A stretch of 64,000 bases of DNA from assembly GCF_036781005.1 (NCBI RefSeq), contig NZ_DAIQBT010000012.1, positions 3,047-67,046 of the forward strand. Direction: 5' to 3'. The notes beneath the pieces are model-generated. The model ran no database searches, was not told where the DNA came from, and saw nothing but the letters and a program-made list of their open reading frames with translations. This DNA is from Clostridium sp. Lineage in GTDB: Bacteria > Bacillota > Clostridia > Clostridiales > Clostridiaceae. The position numbers were made by a program, and so were the translations under genes. Positions 28,769 through 39,183 of the stretch are shown here, one piece after another. Positions within the stretch are counted from its first letter, which is position 1; the number at the start of each line of letters is the position of its first letter.

Positions 28769-29479
28769 ATGTATGATGAAATTTTGGATAAAAAGATTCT
28801 TTTAATTGATGATGAAAGGGAACTTTTGAAACTTATGGAAACTGTTTTGAGAAAAGAGGGGTTTAAAAGGATATTCAAAGCTTTAACAGGGACAGAGGGG
28901 ATAAGTTTATGCAAAAGTGAAAAACCAGATATAGTGGTTTTAGATGTGATGATGGATGATATGGATGGTTTTGAAGTTTGCAGGTCTATAAGAGAATTTT
29001 CATATGTGCCGGTTGTATTTTTATCTGCAAAAAGTGATCATATAGATAAGATACTGGCCCTTGGACTTGGGGCCGACGATTATGTGACAAAACCTTTCAG
29101 TCCCAGGGAAGTTGTATTTAGAATTAAAGCCCACTTGAGAAGAAATATATATATAAAGAATGAACTTACCATGAAAAAGGAAAAAATATGTTTTGGAGAG
29201 GTAACTATTGACTGTAAAAAGGGACAGGTGTTAAAAGGGGGCAGAAATATTGCCCTTACTCCAAAAGAATATCACCTTTTATGCTATATGGCCCAGAATG
29301 CCAATCAGATATTGACAAAGGAAATGATATGTGATGAGGTGTGGAAGGATAACTATGAGGGATATGATAATACTATAATGGTTCACATTAGAAAGCTCAG
29401 GGAAAAGCTGGAGGATAATCCTTCAAAACCTCGATATATAGTTACTGTAAAAGGCTTGGGGTATAAATTGACACTTTAG
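28769..29479 (+). CDS. OmpR-family response regulator
   Basis: LIDDE, LDVMM, GADDYVTKPF, VHIRKLREK, TVKGLGY. Confidence 0.93.
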   Translation: MYDEILDKKILLIDDERELLKLMETVLRKEGFKRIFKALTGTEGISLCKSEKPDIVVLDVMMDDMDGFEVCRSIREFSYVPVVFLSAKSDHIDKILALGLGADDYVTKPFSPREVVFRIKAHLRRNIYIKNELTMKKEKICFGEVTIDCKKGQVLKGGRNIALTPKEYHLLCYMAQNANQILTKEMICDEVWKDNYEGYDNTIMVHIRKLREKLEDNPSKPRYIVTVKGLGYKLTL

Positions 29480-29496
29480 AATTGGAGGTGCAGCCT

Positions 29497-30912
29497 GTGA
29501 AGTTTATAAATAAACTAAAAACCAATTGGAGCCTTACAACAAAATTTTTAGTGACCCTGGTATTTATAATCATGATAGAGTTCATTGTGGATATGTTTGT
29601 ATGGAGAGGTGCTATTATATACACCAAGGAAAATCTTCCAGAATTTAATCCTGAAAAATTCACATGGACTTTTTCAAAATATATAAATATTGAAGATAAT
29701 AAGCCTGTTTTAAATGAAGAGGGTAAAAGTCAAATTATAAAAAATAAAGCCTGGGTTCAAATAATAGATGAAAGTTTTAAAGAAATGTATTCTTTTAAAA
29801 AGCCGCAGCAGGTACCAAAGGTATATACTCCTATAAAAATGGCTCATATTTATAAATATGATGTGTCAGGTTATTCCGTATTCATAAGTGAAAAGAAATA
29901 TAATAATGAAAGTTATACGTACGTTATAGGATTTCCCATACAGCATATAGCGAAACATACTGTTGTTTTCAATCCCACTGCACTTGAAAATTTTTTTAAT
30001 GGAGGTTTTATTGTACTTTTAGCTGTAAATGTTATTATTGCAGTGATTGCCTCTTATTTTATATTTGGAAAGAGAATGGGAAAGCCTCTTGAAAGCATTA
30101 TTAAAAGTATAAATGAGCTCTCCAGGGGAAATTATGAAAGTAATCATTTGGAACAGGGAGTCTATAAGAGTGTATTTATGAATTTGAATAATTTAGCTGA
30201 AACCCTAAAAGAGAGCAAAAATAAAAGAGAGGAGGTGGAAAAGATGAGGGAAAACTGGATTTCCTCCATATCCCATGATGTAAAAACCCCTCTTTCTTCT
30301 ATAAAGGGATATGCTGAAATAATGAAGGATCCTAAATACACCTTCTCACGAGATGAAATTTTGGAATATTCAAAGATAATATATGATAAATCTTCCTATA
30401 TTCAGGGGCTGGTGGAAGATTTGAATCTTACATATAAGCTGAAAAACAGAGCAGTGCCTTTGGAAAAAGAAAATATAAATGTGGTGGGGCTTATTCAAAA
30501 TATAATTGTGGAAATTTTAAACCATCCTCTATATTCAAATAGAAATATAAACCTTTATTTTGAAAGAGAAAATATAAATATTATGGCAGATAAGAAATTG
30601 CTTAGAAGGGCACTGTCCAATCTGATCTTCAATGCTATAATACATAATCCCAAAGAGGTTAAGGTAGATGTTTCCGTTTATAAAAAGGATAAAGTCCATA
30701 TTCTAATAAAGGACAATGGAAGAGGAATATCTGAAGATGATTTGAAATACATTTTTGAAAGATATTACAGAGGCACAAATACCAATGTCTCTTCAGAGGG
30801 TTCTGGACTTGGCATGGCCATATCCAAACAAATAATAGATGCCCAGGGAGGAAGCATAAAGGTAGAAAGCACTTTAGGCAGGGGCACTGATATAGATATA
30901 ATAATGGAATAA
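29497..30912 (+). CDS. Sensor histidine kinase with extracellular domain and HAMP
   Basis: ISHDVKTPL, NLIFNAIIH, DNGRG, GSGLGM. Confidence 0.93.
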   Translation: MKFINKLKTNWSLTTKFLVTLVFIIMIEFIVDMFVWRGAIIYTKENLPEFNPEKFTWTFSKYINIEDNKPVLNEEGKSQIIKNKAWVQIIDESFKEMYSFKKPQQVPKVYTPIKMAHIYKYDVSGYSVFISEKKYNNESYTYVIGFPIQHIAKHTVVFNPTALENFFNGGFIVLLAVNVIIAVIASYFIFGKRMGKPLESIIKSINELSRGNYESNHLEQGVYKSVFMNLNNLAETLKESKNKREEVEKMRENWISSISHDVKTPLSSIKGYAEIMKDPKYTFSRDEILEYSKIIYDKSSYIQGLVEDLNLTYKLKNRAVPLEKENINVVGLIQNIIVEILNHPLYSNRNINLYFERENINIMADKKLLRRALSNLIFNAIIHNPKEVKVDVSVYKKDKVHILIKDNGRGISEDDLKYIFERYYRGTNTNVSSEGSGLGMAISKQIIDAQGGSIKVESTLGRGTDIDIIME

Positions 30913-30932
30913 AGGGGGAAAGGAAAATTCAC

Positions 30933-31619
30933 ATGAAAAAGATACTTATAGTAGAAGATAATACAGTTTTAAGTACAGGGCTTAAATTTGATTTGGAGAG
31001 GGAAGGATATGAAACCTACGCAGTATACAATTCCCGTCAGGCTAAAGAAATTATGAAGGCGATTGATTTTGACTTGATTGTACTGGACATAAATCTCCCT
31101 GACGGAAGTGGTTTTGAACTTTGTAAATGGATAAAGAAATTGAAAGATATGCCCCTTATATTTCTTACTGCCTGTGATATGGAGAAAGATGCCATAAAAG
31201 GTTTTGAATTAGGTGCTGATGATTACATAACCAAGCCTTTTAATATGGAGATTTTTAGAAGGCGTATAGCAGCTGTATTGAAGCGCTGTGAAAGGGGTGG
31301 TACAGAAAATATTTATAATGATGGATATCTTATGGTTGACTTTGATAAATTGATGGTAATTAGAGAAAATAAAACATTTACCCTTACGTCCTCTGAGTAC
31401 AAACTTTTGAAAATTTTTGCTGCCAATGGGGGAAAGGTTCTCACAAGGCAGGTGCTGCTGCAGAAACTCTGGGACAACGATGGAAACTTTGTGGATGAGC
31501 ATGCACTTACCGTTAATGTAAACCGTATTAGAAATAAAATAGAAAGTAAAGCACATAAATACATAAAAACGGTATATGGTATGGGCTATATGTGGGTAGG
31601 TGAAAGCTTTAATGGCTGA
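30933..31619 (+). CDS. OmpR-family response regulator
   Basis: VEDN, LDINLPD, GADDYITKPF, TVYGMGY. Confidence 0.93.
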   Translation: MKKILIVEDNTVLSTGLKFDLEREGYETYAVYNSRQAKEIMKAIDFDLIVLDINLPDGSGFELCKWIKKLKDMPLIFLTACDMEKDAIKGFELGADDYITKPFNMEIFRRRIAAVLKRCERGGTENIYNDGYLMVDFDKLMVIRENKTFTLTSSEYKLLKIFAANGGKVLTRQVLLQKLWDNDGNFVDEHALTVNVNRIRNKIESKAHKYIKTVYGMGYMWVGESFNG

Positions 31620-32640
31620 TAAATATTCTTCGAAAAATATTTATAGAGTTTGGATAGCATTATGGTTTTTTGTGTTTATGTGTTTTGCCTATGTTACTTT
31701 TTCTACGGTGGGAAGGTGGAGCTTAAGATTGTTATTTCTGGGGTTTACAGTCTTGTTTCAAGTTATAGCACTTTTGGCTGTGGCTGCATTTAGAAAAAAA
31801 ATCGTATATTTTTCTGAGAACATGGGCGCTTGTTTAGATGAGATGATAAATGGAAGCGAAGAGGTTCATTTCGATTTAGAAAGTGAAACTTTGATGGCAA
31901 AACTTCAGATAAAATTAAAACGTCTTTATGAAATTATGAAAAATAACAGCAGAAAAAGTATGCATGAAAAAAGAACCATACAAAAACTGGTATCTGACAT
32001 CTCCCACCAGGTGAAAACTCCTATTGCAAATATAAAAATGTATAATGCCATTTTAACAGAGAGAGTCATGTCTTTAGAGAAACAACAGGAATTTTTGAAA
32101 GCTTGTGATGTTCAGATAAACAAATTGGATTTTCTCCTTCAGTCCATGGTAAAAATGTCCCGTCTGGAGACAGGCGTTATGGAGGTGTCTCCAAAGCCTA
32201 CCAGTATCTATGATACATTAGCAGAGGCATTAGGGGGAGTGTTTGTAAAGGCAGAGAAGAAAAATATCCATATTTCAGTACAATGTAATCCTTTGCTCAT
32301 TGTTAATCATGATAAAAAATGGACCGGTGAAGCTGTCTATAACATTTTGGATAATGCAGTAAAGTACACGGGAGAAGGGGGAAGCGTAGAAATAAAAGTG
32401 GATAAGTGGGAATTTTACACCAAGATAGATATTAAAGATACAGGAAAAGGAATTTGTGAAAAGAATCAGGGGGCAATTTTTAAAAGATTTTACCGTGAGC
32501 CCGAAGTTCATGATGAAGAAGGCATTGGTATTGGTCTTTACCTGGCCCGTAAAATTATTACCCTTCAGAAAGGGTATATTGAAGTTAAATCCAAATCTGG
32601 TTACGGATCTACTTTTTCTATTTTTATTCCAAATAGCTAA
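31612..32640 (+). CDS. Intramembrane-sensing (BceS-like) histidine kinase
   Basis: Two TM with tiny loop; ISHQVKTP, NILDNAVKY, DTGKG, GIGIGL. Confidence 0.9.
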   Translation: MADKYSSKNIYRVWIALWFFVFMCFAYVTFSTVGRWSLRLLFLGFTVLFQVIALLAVAAFRKKIVYFSENMGACLDEMINGSEEVHFDLESETLMAKLQIKLKRLYEIMKNNSRKSMHEKRTIQKLVSDISHQVKTPIANIKMYNAILTERVMSLEKQQEFLKACDVQINKLDFLLQSMVKMSRLETGVMEVSPKPTSIYDTLAEALGGVFVKAEKKNIHISVQCNPLLIVNHDKKWTGEAVYNILDNAVKYTGEGGSVEIKVDKWEFYTKIDIKDTGKGICEKNQGAIFKRFYREPEVHDEEGIGIGLYLARKIITLQKGYIEVKSKSGYGSTFSIFIPNS

Positions 32641-32660
32641 AAAATTAAAACCTCTCAAAA

Positions 32661-32705
32661 TTGTGAGTTTTTAGAGAGGTTTTAGAGACATTGAGGTTTT
32701 ATAAT
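32661..32705 (+). promoter_or_regulatory. Phased 11-bp direct repeats and -10 box for the ABC operon
   Basis: TTGTGAGTTTT TAGAGAGGTTT TAGAGACATTG then TATAAT (32700-32705); overlaps a stem-loop after the kinase. Confidence 0.55.
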
Positions 32706-32736
32706 TAGGGCAGTAAAGAGAAAGAGGGTGTAATTT

Positions 32737-33414
32737 TTGAATGCTGTTGTACAAATTTCAGATTTAAAAAAATATTATGGCAGGGAGCCTAATATTGTAA
32801 GAGCCTTAGATGGGGTAAATTTATGTGTGGAGTCCGGGGAATTTATTGCTATTGTAGGTACATCAGGAAGTGGAAAATCCACTTTGCTGCACATGATGGG
32901 GGGACTTGATAAGCCAACCTCTGGCAGTGTCATAATTGAAGGCAGAGAACTATGCAAAATGAAGGATGAAGCTCTCACTATTTTCAGGAGGAGACAAATT
33001 GGCTTTGTTTTTCAAAATTATAATCTGGTTCCCATCTTAAATGTTTATGAAAATATTGTACTGCCTGTTGAATTAGATGGAAATAAGGTGGATAAGGATT
33101 ATGTGGAGAAGGTTATTTCCATGCTCCATTTAGAGGATAAGTTAAATAATATGCCAAACAATCTTTCAGGGGGACAGCAGCAAAGGGTAGCCATTGCAAG
33201 GGCACTTGTGAGCAAACCTGCCATTATTCTTGCAGATGAGCCTACGGGAAATTTAGACAGCCGTACCAGCCAGGAAGTAATGGGGCTTTTAAAGATGAGT
33301 AACAATGAATTCCATCAAACTTTGGTGATGATAACTCACAACAGTGAAATTGCACAGCTAGCCCATAGAATTATCCGTATTGAGGATGGAAAAATTATGG
33401 ACAGGGAGGCGTAA
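32737..33414 (+). CDS. ABC ATPase, MacB/LolD type
   Basis: [32 protein letters not shown]. Confidence 0.93.
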   Translation: MNAVVQISDLKKYYGREPNIVRALDGVNLCVESGEFIAIVGTSGSGKSTLLHMMGGLDKPTSGSVIIEGRELCKMKDEALTIFRRRQIGFVFQNYNLVPILNVYENIVLPVELDGNKVDKDYVEKVISMLHLEDKLNNMPNNLSGGQQQRVAIARALVSKPAIILADEPTGNLDSRTSQEVMGLLKMSNNEFHQTLVMITHNSEIAQLAHRIIRIEDGKIMDREA

Positions 33415-33416
33415 TA

Positions 33417-35813
33417 ATGCTTGAGAATAATAATAGTAAAGTTATAAGCAAGCTGGCACTATGCAGTCTTAAGGGTAACAAAATGCGTAATTTTTTTATT
33501 GTGTTTACGGTGGTGCTATCTGTGAGCTTGTTAACTGTTATGAGTCTTTTTTGTTCAGCCCTTATAGAAAGAGATAAAAAGGCAGTGGCAAAGGTTCAGC
33601 ATGTTATCTATCAGCAGGTAAATAAAGGACAGTTTGAATCACTTAAAAAAGATAAACGTGTAGAATATGCCACCCCCTTCAAATTAGGACAGAGTTTTGA
33701 AATGGGAGGTCACATGATCCGCCCTGTGTATTATGACAGAAATTCCTCAAAAATTGAAACTATCAAAGTATCCTATGGAAAACTACCGGAGAAGGAAAAT
33801 GAAATTGTACTTGATAAATCCTATATGGGAAAGCTGGGAAGGAAAGCAAACATTGGAGAAACTATTTATTTTACTTTTTTAGATGGAACTACTGAAAAAT
33901 TTGTTGTTTCCGGCTATACGGACAGCGGCATAAAATCCGGGGTATATGCTGTATTGTTTTCAAAGGAATATGCTGAAAAGGGAACTCAGTTTAAAAATAT
34001 ACCCTATGGTGCTCTTGTACGTATAAATGGTGCAGATAAAATGTCAAAGGATCAATTTATAGATGTAATTCATTCTGTTGGACAGGATTATGGTATTGAA
34101 CGTAAGTATATAAACGAGAATAATTTTTTCTCCAATATGTTGTCTATGAATTTCCAGCAAATTATGGTTATCATTGGTATAGGTGCTGGTATTTTACTGG
34201 CAAGTGTGCTTGTTATCTACAGCATATTTTATATCTCTGTGGTAAGTCGTATAAGACAATTTGGTCAATTCCGTACATTGGGCATGACAGAGAGACAAAT
34301 CCGCAAAATGGTAAATAAAGAGGGACTTGCTCTTTGTGCAATTGGTATACCTATAGGACTTGTTATAGGGGGAATAATTGCATATTTTCTGAAACCAGAG
34401 GGCTGGAACTGGATTAATTCTGTATTTGTTGGGGCAGTTGTGGCGGCAGCAGATATTATAACACTGCTTTTTTCCATTCATAAACCGGCCAAGCTTGCAT
34501 CAACCGTATCTCCTCTTGAGGCTTCTAAATTTTCCTTTTATTCTGGAAGCAAAAAAGAAACTTCAAAGCTCCATAGAAGAATTACTCCAATAAGTCTTGC
34601 ATTTATGAATTCTATACGCAATGGGAAAAAGACATTTTTAACCATGCTGTCTCTTGGTATAGGCGGAGTACTGTTTTTAATGGCAGCTACTTTTATAGTT
34701 TCTATTAATAAAGAAGAGTATTCAAGACAGACAGAATTTTATTTTGGAGAATATTTAATTGAGTTCTCCTACAATGCAGTGGAAACTTCAGAGCATGGAT
34801 ATAGTGATATTCAAATAAACAATCCATTAACTAAAAAATTGAAGGAAAAGATAAAAGCAGTTCCAGGGGTAAAGGGAATCAAAAGTATCAAGCAGGTAAA
34901 TATCCAATATGAATACAATAATGAAAAAGAAAAAGACTTTTTAACACCATTTACCAGAGATAAGATATCATTACTGAAAAAATCCTTAAGTGAAGGGAAT
35001 TTCGATTATGATAAAATGATAAAAAATAATGAAATTTTAGTAATTGCAAATGATAATGTGAAAGAGTTTTATGGATGGAAGTTCAAGGCTGGGGATAAGG
35101 TAAAAATACATTATTATAATGGAAAGCCTATGGAAAAGGAATTTAAAATTGCAGCATGTATGGATGATTATGTATCCTATAAGAATTTAGGGGGACCCTG
35201 GGGATATTTTCTCATTCCTGATGAAGCACTTAAGAGCCTTATGAACAATATGGACCTTACCACTGGATTTATAGTATCTGCTGTGGATTTTTCGAAAAAT
35301 GGAAAAAGCATCGAAAAGAATCTCAATAAAATAGTGAGGGAAAATTCTCTTTTAAGTATGGATACATTGAGGGAAAGGATGGAACAGGATGAGAATAACT
35401 TTAGTATTATGTATGGAGTTATTCTGGGACTTGCTGCGTTTATAATATGTTTTAGTTTTATCAATCTTATAAATACTTTAATTATGAACATTTTGACACG
35501 GAGACAGGAACTTGCCATGATGGAATCTATTGGTATGAGCAGCAGACAACTGGACGTAATGCTGCAAGGGGAGGGGATTATTCTTGCAGTGGGGAACATT
35601 TTTATTACACTGTTGTTAGGTACAAGCCTTGGATATTTGCTGATACAGGCGATGAGAGATACAGGCACTGAGTATTTCCATTATCACTTTCCGGGGTGGT
35701 ATTTATTAGGATATACCCTAATAATTCTGCTTTTACCTATGATAATTTCTGGAGTACAAATTCATTCTTTTAAGAAAGATTCTCTAGTGGACAGACTGAG
35801 AGAGCATGAATAG
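33417..35813 (+). CDS. FtsX/MacB-type ABC permease (duplicated)
   Basis: Two FtsX modules (RIRQFGQFRTLGM; RRQELAMMESIGM) with large extracellular loops. Confidence 0.88.
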   Translation: MLENNNSKVISKLALCSLKGNKMRNFFIVFTVVLSVSLLTVMSLFCSALIERDKKAVAKVQHVIYQQVNKGQFESLKKDKRVEYATPFKLGQSFEMGGHMIRPVYYDRNSSKIETIKVSYGKLPEKENEIVLDKSYMGKLGRKANIGETIYFTFLDGTTEKFVVSGYTDSGIKSGVYAVLFSKEYAEKGTQFKNIPYGALVRINGADKMSKDQFIDVIHSVGQDYGIERKYINENNFFSNMLSMNFQQIMVIIGIGAGILLASVLVIYSIFYISVVSRIRQFGQFRTLGMTERQIRKMVNKEGLALCAIGIPIGLVIGGIIAYFLKPEGWNWINSVFVGAVVAAADIITLLFSIHKPAKLASTVSPLEASKFSFYSGSKKETSKLHRRITPISLAFMNSIRNGKKTFLTMLSLGIGGVLFLMAATFIVSINKEEYSRQTEFYFGEYLIEFSYNAVETSEHGYSDIQINNPLTKKLKEKIKAVPGVKGIKSIKQVNIQYEYNNEKEKDFLTPFTRDKISLLKKSLSEGNFDYDKMIKNNEILVIANDNVKEFYGWKFKAGDKVKIHYYNGKPMEKEFKIAACMDDYVSYKNLGGPWGYFLIPDEALKSLMNNMDLTTGFIVSAVDFSKNGKSIEKNLNKIVRENSLLSMDTLRERMEQDENNFSIMYGVILGLAAFIICFSFINLINTLIMNILTRRQELAMMESIGMSSRQLDVMLQGEGIILAVGNIFITLLLGTSLGYLLIQAMRDTGTEYFHYHFPGWYLLGYTLIILLLPMIISGVQIHSFKKDSLVDRLREHE

Positions 35814-36014
35814 AATTTTAAAAGGCAGCATTAGCTGTCTTTTATATTCTAATAAATTTATTGAAATATTAGTGAAAAAAATAAAAAAAATTTGATATAA
35901 TAAAATTAAAAGGTTTGTGTTGATTCCTTACTTATCTAATATAAAGTACTATAATATAATAAAAAATTCGTAGTATAAATTTAAAGTGCAAGAAGAAAAG
36001 AAGGTGATTTTTAA

Positions 36015-36470
36015 ATGGCTGCACATTGGAAAAACAAACTTGTTCTTGAAATGGATGGAATAGAAAATAAAATAATAGCATTAAAAAAGCTTCTGAAATA
36101 TTCAAAAATTGTGGGTATACATAGAGCTTTTTATGATGTAATTAATCAGTATAAAAATGCTATAATTAAGTTTACAAGTATGTACAATACTTTAGATGAA
36201 CAAATGCAGCATCTTAGACATGAAAATATGAAATTACAAGCTGAAAATGAGGAATTAAAAAGAGAGTTGAATAGGTGGGGGACATATAAAAGGCAAGATG
36301 AAAAATTTAATTCTAAACTTTTAGCACAGAAAAACAACATACTTTATTGGAAGGTATTGGGGATATCTAATAATGAAATAGCTAAAAGGCTTAAAAGGGA
36401 AGAGTATGGAAAAATAAACATAGGTGAAGGCGGCATACAGCATTTTTTGAAAACTTTTTCTCAACTTTAA
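36015..36470 (+). CDS. Hypothetical protein, coiled coil plus possible C-terminal HTH
   Basis: RBS AAAGGTG; LRHENMKLQAENEELKREL; GISNNEIAKRL. Confidence 0.55.
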   Translation: MAAHWKNKLVLEMDGIENKIIALKKLLKYSKIVGIHRAFYDVINQYKNAIIKFTSMYNTLDEQMQHLRHENMKLQAENEELKRELNRWGTYKRQDEKFNSKLLAQKNNILYWKVLGISNNEIAKRLKREEYGKINIGEGGIQHFLKTFSQL

Positions 36471-36707
36471 CCCATAGGAAACAATAATCAACGAATCATG
36501 CCATAATTTATTATAATTTTTATGTTAGATTATTTTTGTTATTATAAATAATTAAAGACTGCGTCGAATAATATAAAATAAAGTATTAATATGTATTTTT
36601 CAACCATATTGACATTAAATTGACTTTATAGTACTATTTTACTATAAGCCCATGTTAATGATTTATGAAAGTTTACTTATCAAAATTAAATTCAAGGGGG
36701 AATTAAA

Positions 36708-36968
36708 ATGGTTGGAGGATGGACAGTTCAAGATAATGTCAGCGAGGAAAATAAAAAGGTTCTTGAGACTGCTTTAAAGGGATTTGTGGGTTCTACTTTT
36801 GAACCTATAGCAGTTGCTACTCAGGTTGTAAATGGTGTTAATTACTTATTTATAGCTAAATCCACTACGGTAACATCACCACCTAAAATTGGACTAGCCA
36901 AAATATATGTTACAGCAACACCAGCCGGAACTGAACCTAGGCTAGTTAATATCGAGAAAATTGTATAA
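36708..36968 (+). CDS. Small cystatin-like protein
   Basis: N-terminal VGGW and QVVNGVNY (QxVxG-type); RBS AAGGGGG. Confidence 0.6.
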   Translation: MVGGWTVQDNVSEENKKVLETALKGFVGSTFEPIAVATQVVNGVNYLFIAKSTTVTSPPKIGLAKIYVTATPAGTEPRLVNIEKIV

Positions 36969-37132
36969 TAAAAAACTTATAAACATAAATTTGTAAGGGG
37001 AAAATTTATATGATGTAGTATTTGGGAGTTTTAGAAAAATCTAAAACTCTTTTTACATGAGAAAAATTCGAAATTATTATGCATTAATGTCGTTATTGTA
37101 TGATCTTAGGTGTCATATAAAAGTCTGGTTAT

Positions 37133-38542
37133 TTAATTAAAGGGTTCTTTGGCAATATTATTTTTTAAATTTTTTACCCGCAGGGTTTTACCTAGGGTGG
37201 AACTTTGTAAAACTACACTATAGTTGCAAATTCCCTTATTGTGTTGGAAATAGCTGTGAGACAGGGTCAGGGACTGTAGTGCCTTTATCTTGACAAGAGA
37301 TTGAGTTTTATTAAAGCTGCCATGGCACATATAGAGTATATTTTCATTCATACCAAAGGCGGTGTTTTTAAATTCTAAATGACCCATTATAAATAGGAAT
37401 AATAGAAGTATTAGACTTGGCAATACAAATACAGCTTTTATAAAAAAGCAAATCACTGCTATAATTATCCAAAGTATAAATTTTTTACATAAGAATCTGA
37501 AATAGGTGTGATTTTCAGGTCTAGTTACTTCTCCTGTATATTTGAATTCTCCAAGTATATTTTTTAAAATATCTTTTTTTAAATAATCACTGCATATAGG
37601 ATAAAGTATGGCTTTTTCTCCTTTTTCATCTCCATAGCCTATATTTTCAATTTCCAGGGTAAAAAATTTAAAATGCTGCATTAAAATACTTTGTTTTATG
37701 TGTATTCCTTTTATCTTTGTTTTGTCAAAGGAGTAGTTTTTTCTGTTTGTAATTCCATAATTCACATAAATATTTTTATAGTCAGTCCATAGCTTAAAAT
37801 TATAATATTTGACTATATTGTATATGATAGATAAAAAAATACTTACAAATATTAGAATGAAAAGTAGAAATATTATTATCATTATACTGCTGTATATATT
37901 ATTTTTCTCCAGTTCGTTAATATATTTTGAAGTATTTAAATTGATGAAGGACTTTAAATAATCCTGAAAAAATTGTTGTGCAACAAATAACATTCCAAGT
38001 CCCTTAAAAAGTGAATTTGAAATAAGTGAGTATATGAATAGATGTTTTGTGTCTATGGTATATTGGTTATGATGTGTTTTTTGAGAATCACACTCCTGGT
38101 TTTTAAGCAGGATATTTCTAAGGGACTCTGCCCTATTTTTATTTAAAGTAAATTTAAGTTCACTTCCACGGGTGGAGCTATCTCCAGTATCAATTTTTAT
38201 GGTGGCTGCTTTAAAAATTCTCTCTAAGAGTTTTTGTGAAATATCTATGGTGTTAATTCTATCTAAGGGAATTTCAATCTTTTTTATGCTAAAGACTCCT
38301 TCTTCATGATATATAGAGTTTGTTTTCACTATGAAAAAATTTTTTTTCCAGGCAAGTAATTCACATAAAAGTATAAATATAATTAAAATGGATAATATGA
38401 AGATAGATTTTATAAGTTTTACCTTAGTTAATAAAAATCCCATTAGTATGATTGTAAGGGGGATAAAATTTTTAGCTGTATTTATAAAATCATAAAATAG
38501 TCTTAAAATATGATTTCTTTCTATTTTATTCAACTTTTTCAC
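37133..38542 (-). CDS. YdbT-like membrane protein with bacterial PH domains
   Basis: EIPLDRINTIDISQKLLERIF..KIDT; three bPH_2-like repeats separated by TM pairs. Confidence 0.8.
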   Translation of the reverse strand: MKKLNKIERNHILRLFYDFINTAKNFIPLTIILMGFLLTKVKLIKSIFILSILIIFILLCELLAWKKNFFIVKTNSIYHEEGVFSIKKIEIPLDRINTIDISQKLLERIFKAATIKIDTGDSSTRGSELKFTLNKNRAESLRNILLKNQECDSQKTHHNQYTIDTKHLFIYSLISNSLFKGLGMLFVAQQFFQDYLKSFINLNTSKYINELEKNNIYSSIMIIIFLLFILIFVSIFLSIIYNIVKYYNFKLWTDYKNIYVNYGITNRKNYSFDKTKIKGIHIKQSILMQHFKFFTLEIENIGYGDEKGEKAILYPICSDYLKKDILKNILGEFKYTGEVTRPENHTYFRFLCKKFILWIIIAVICFFIKAVFVLPSLILLLFLFIMGHLEFKNTAFGMNENILYMCHGSFNKTQSLVKIKALQSLTLSHSYFQHNKGICNYSVVLQSSTLGKTLRVKNLKNNIAKEPFN

Positions 38543-39032
38543 CTGCTTCTATAAGTAGATTAAGATTTTCTAAAATTTCTTCAGCTTTTTCCATAGGCAG
38601 TGCAGGTATTTCATGATGACCTCCTGCAGTTATTATGTTTACAGAGGTTATTTTATAAATTCTTTGAATGGGTCCTTGTTTTATTTTCAAGTTTTGGATT
38701 CTTGAGATGGGAATTATGGTCTTTTCTCTTATTATAATACCCTTTATAAGTTCAACTTTATCCTGAAGTATAGCATATCTCCATTGTTTGTATTCTAAAA
38801 AGGATCCTATAAAAATATCTGCTATAGAGAGGAATATGACAATTAGTGCCAATATATAGGCTATGTATTTAACTAGAAGAATATGTCCAAATTTGGGAAT
38901 GAGAAATAGCTGCATTATCAATACATAGATAGATATAATTATGATACTTGTTATGGTTTTTGATATTATCCAAGTTTTTACAGAATTTCTATCAATTTTT
39001 TCATAGTTTTTCAGTTCGTTTTTATTAATCAT
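38526..39032 (-). CDS. YdbS-like membrane protein with one bacterial PH domain
   Basis: Two TM then WRY..G..IPISRIQ..QGPIQR..TAG. Confidence 0.85.
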   Translation of the reverse strand: MINKNELKNYEKIDRNSVKTWIISKTITSIIIISIYVLIMQLFLIPKFGHILLVKYIAYILALIVIFLSIADIFIGSFLEYKQWRYAILQDKVELIKGIIIREKTIIPISRIQNLKIKQGPIQRIYKITSVNIITAGGHHEIPALPMEKAEEILENLNLLIEAGEKVE

Positions 39033-39183
39033 TTTATCTCCTTTTGTGTTGTGAAATTATAATTAAGTTAACACACTTAATAGAAAATTTACATTATAAT
39101 AATATTATTGTCATAATTTCGTAACACATTAATTATTATAATTAAAATGAATTTAAATGTAAAGAGAGGTGAAAATTTTATCC

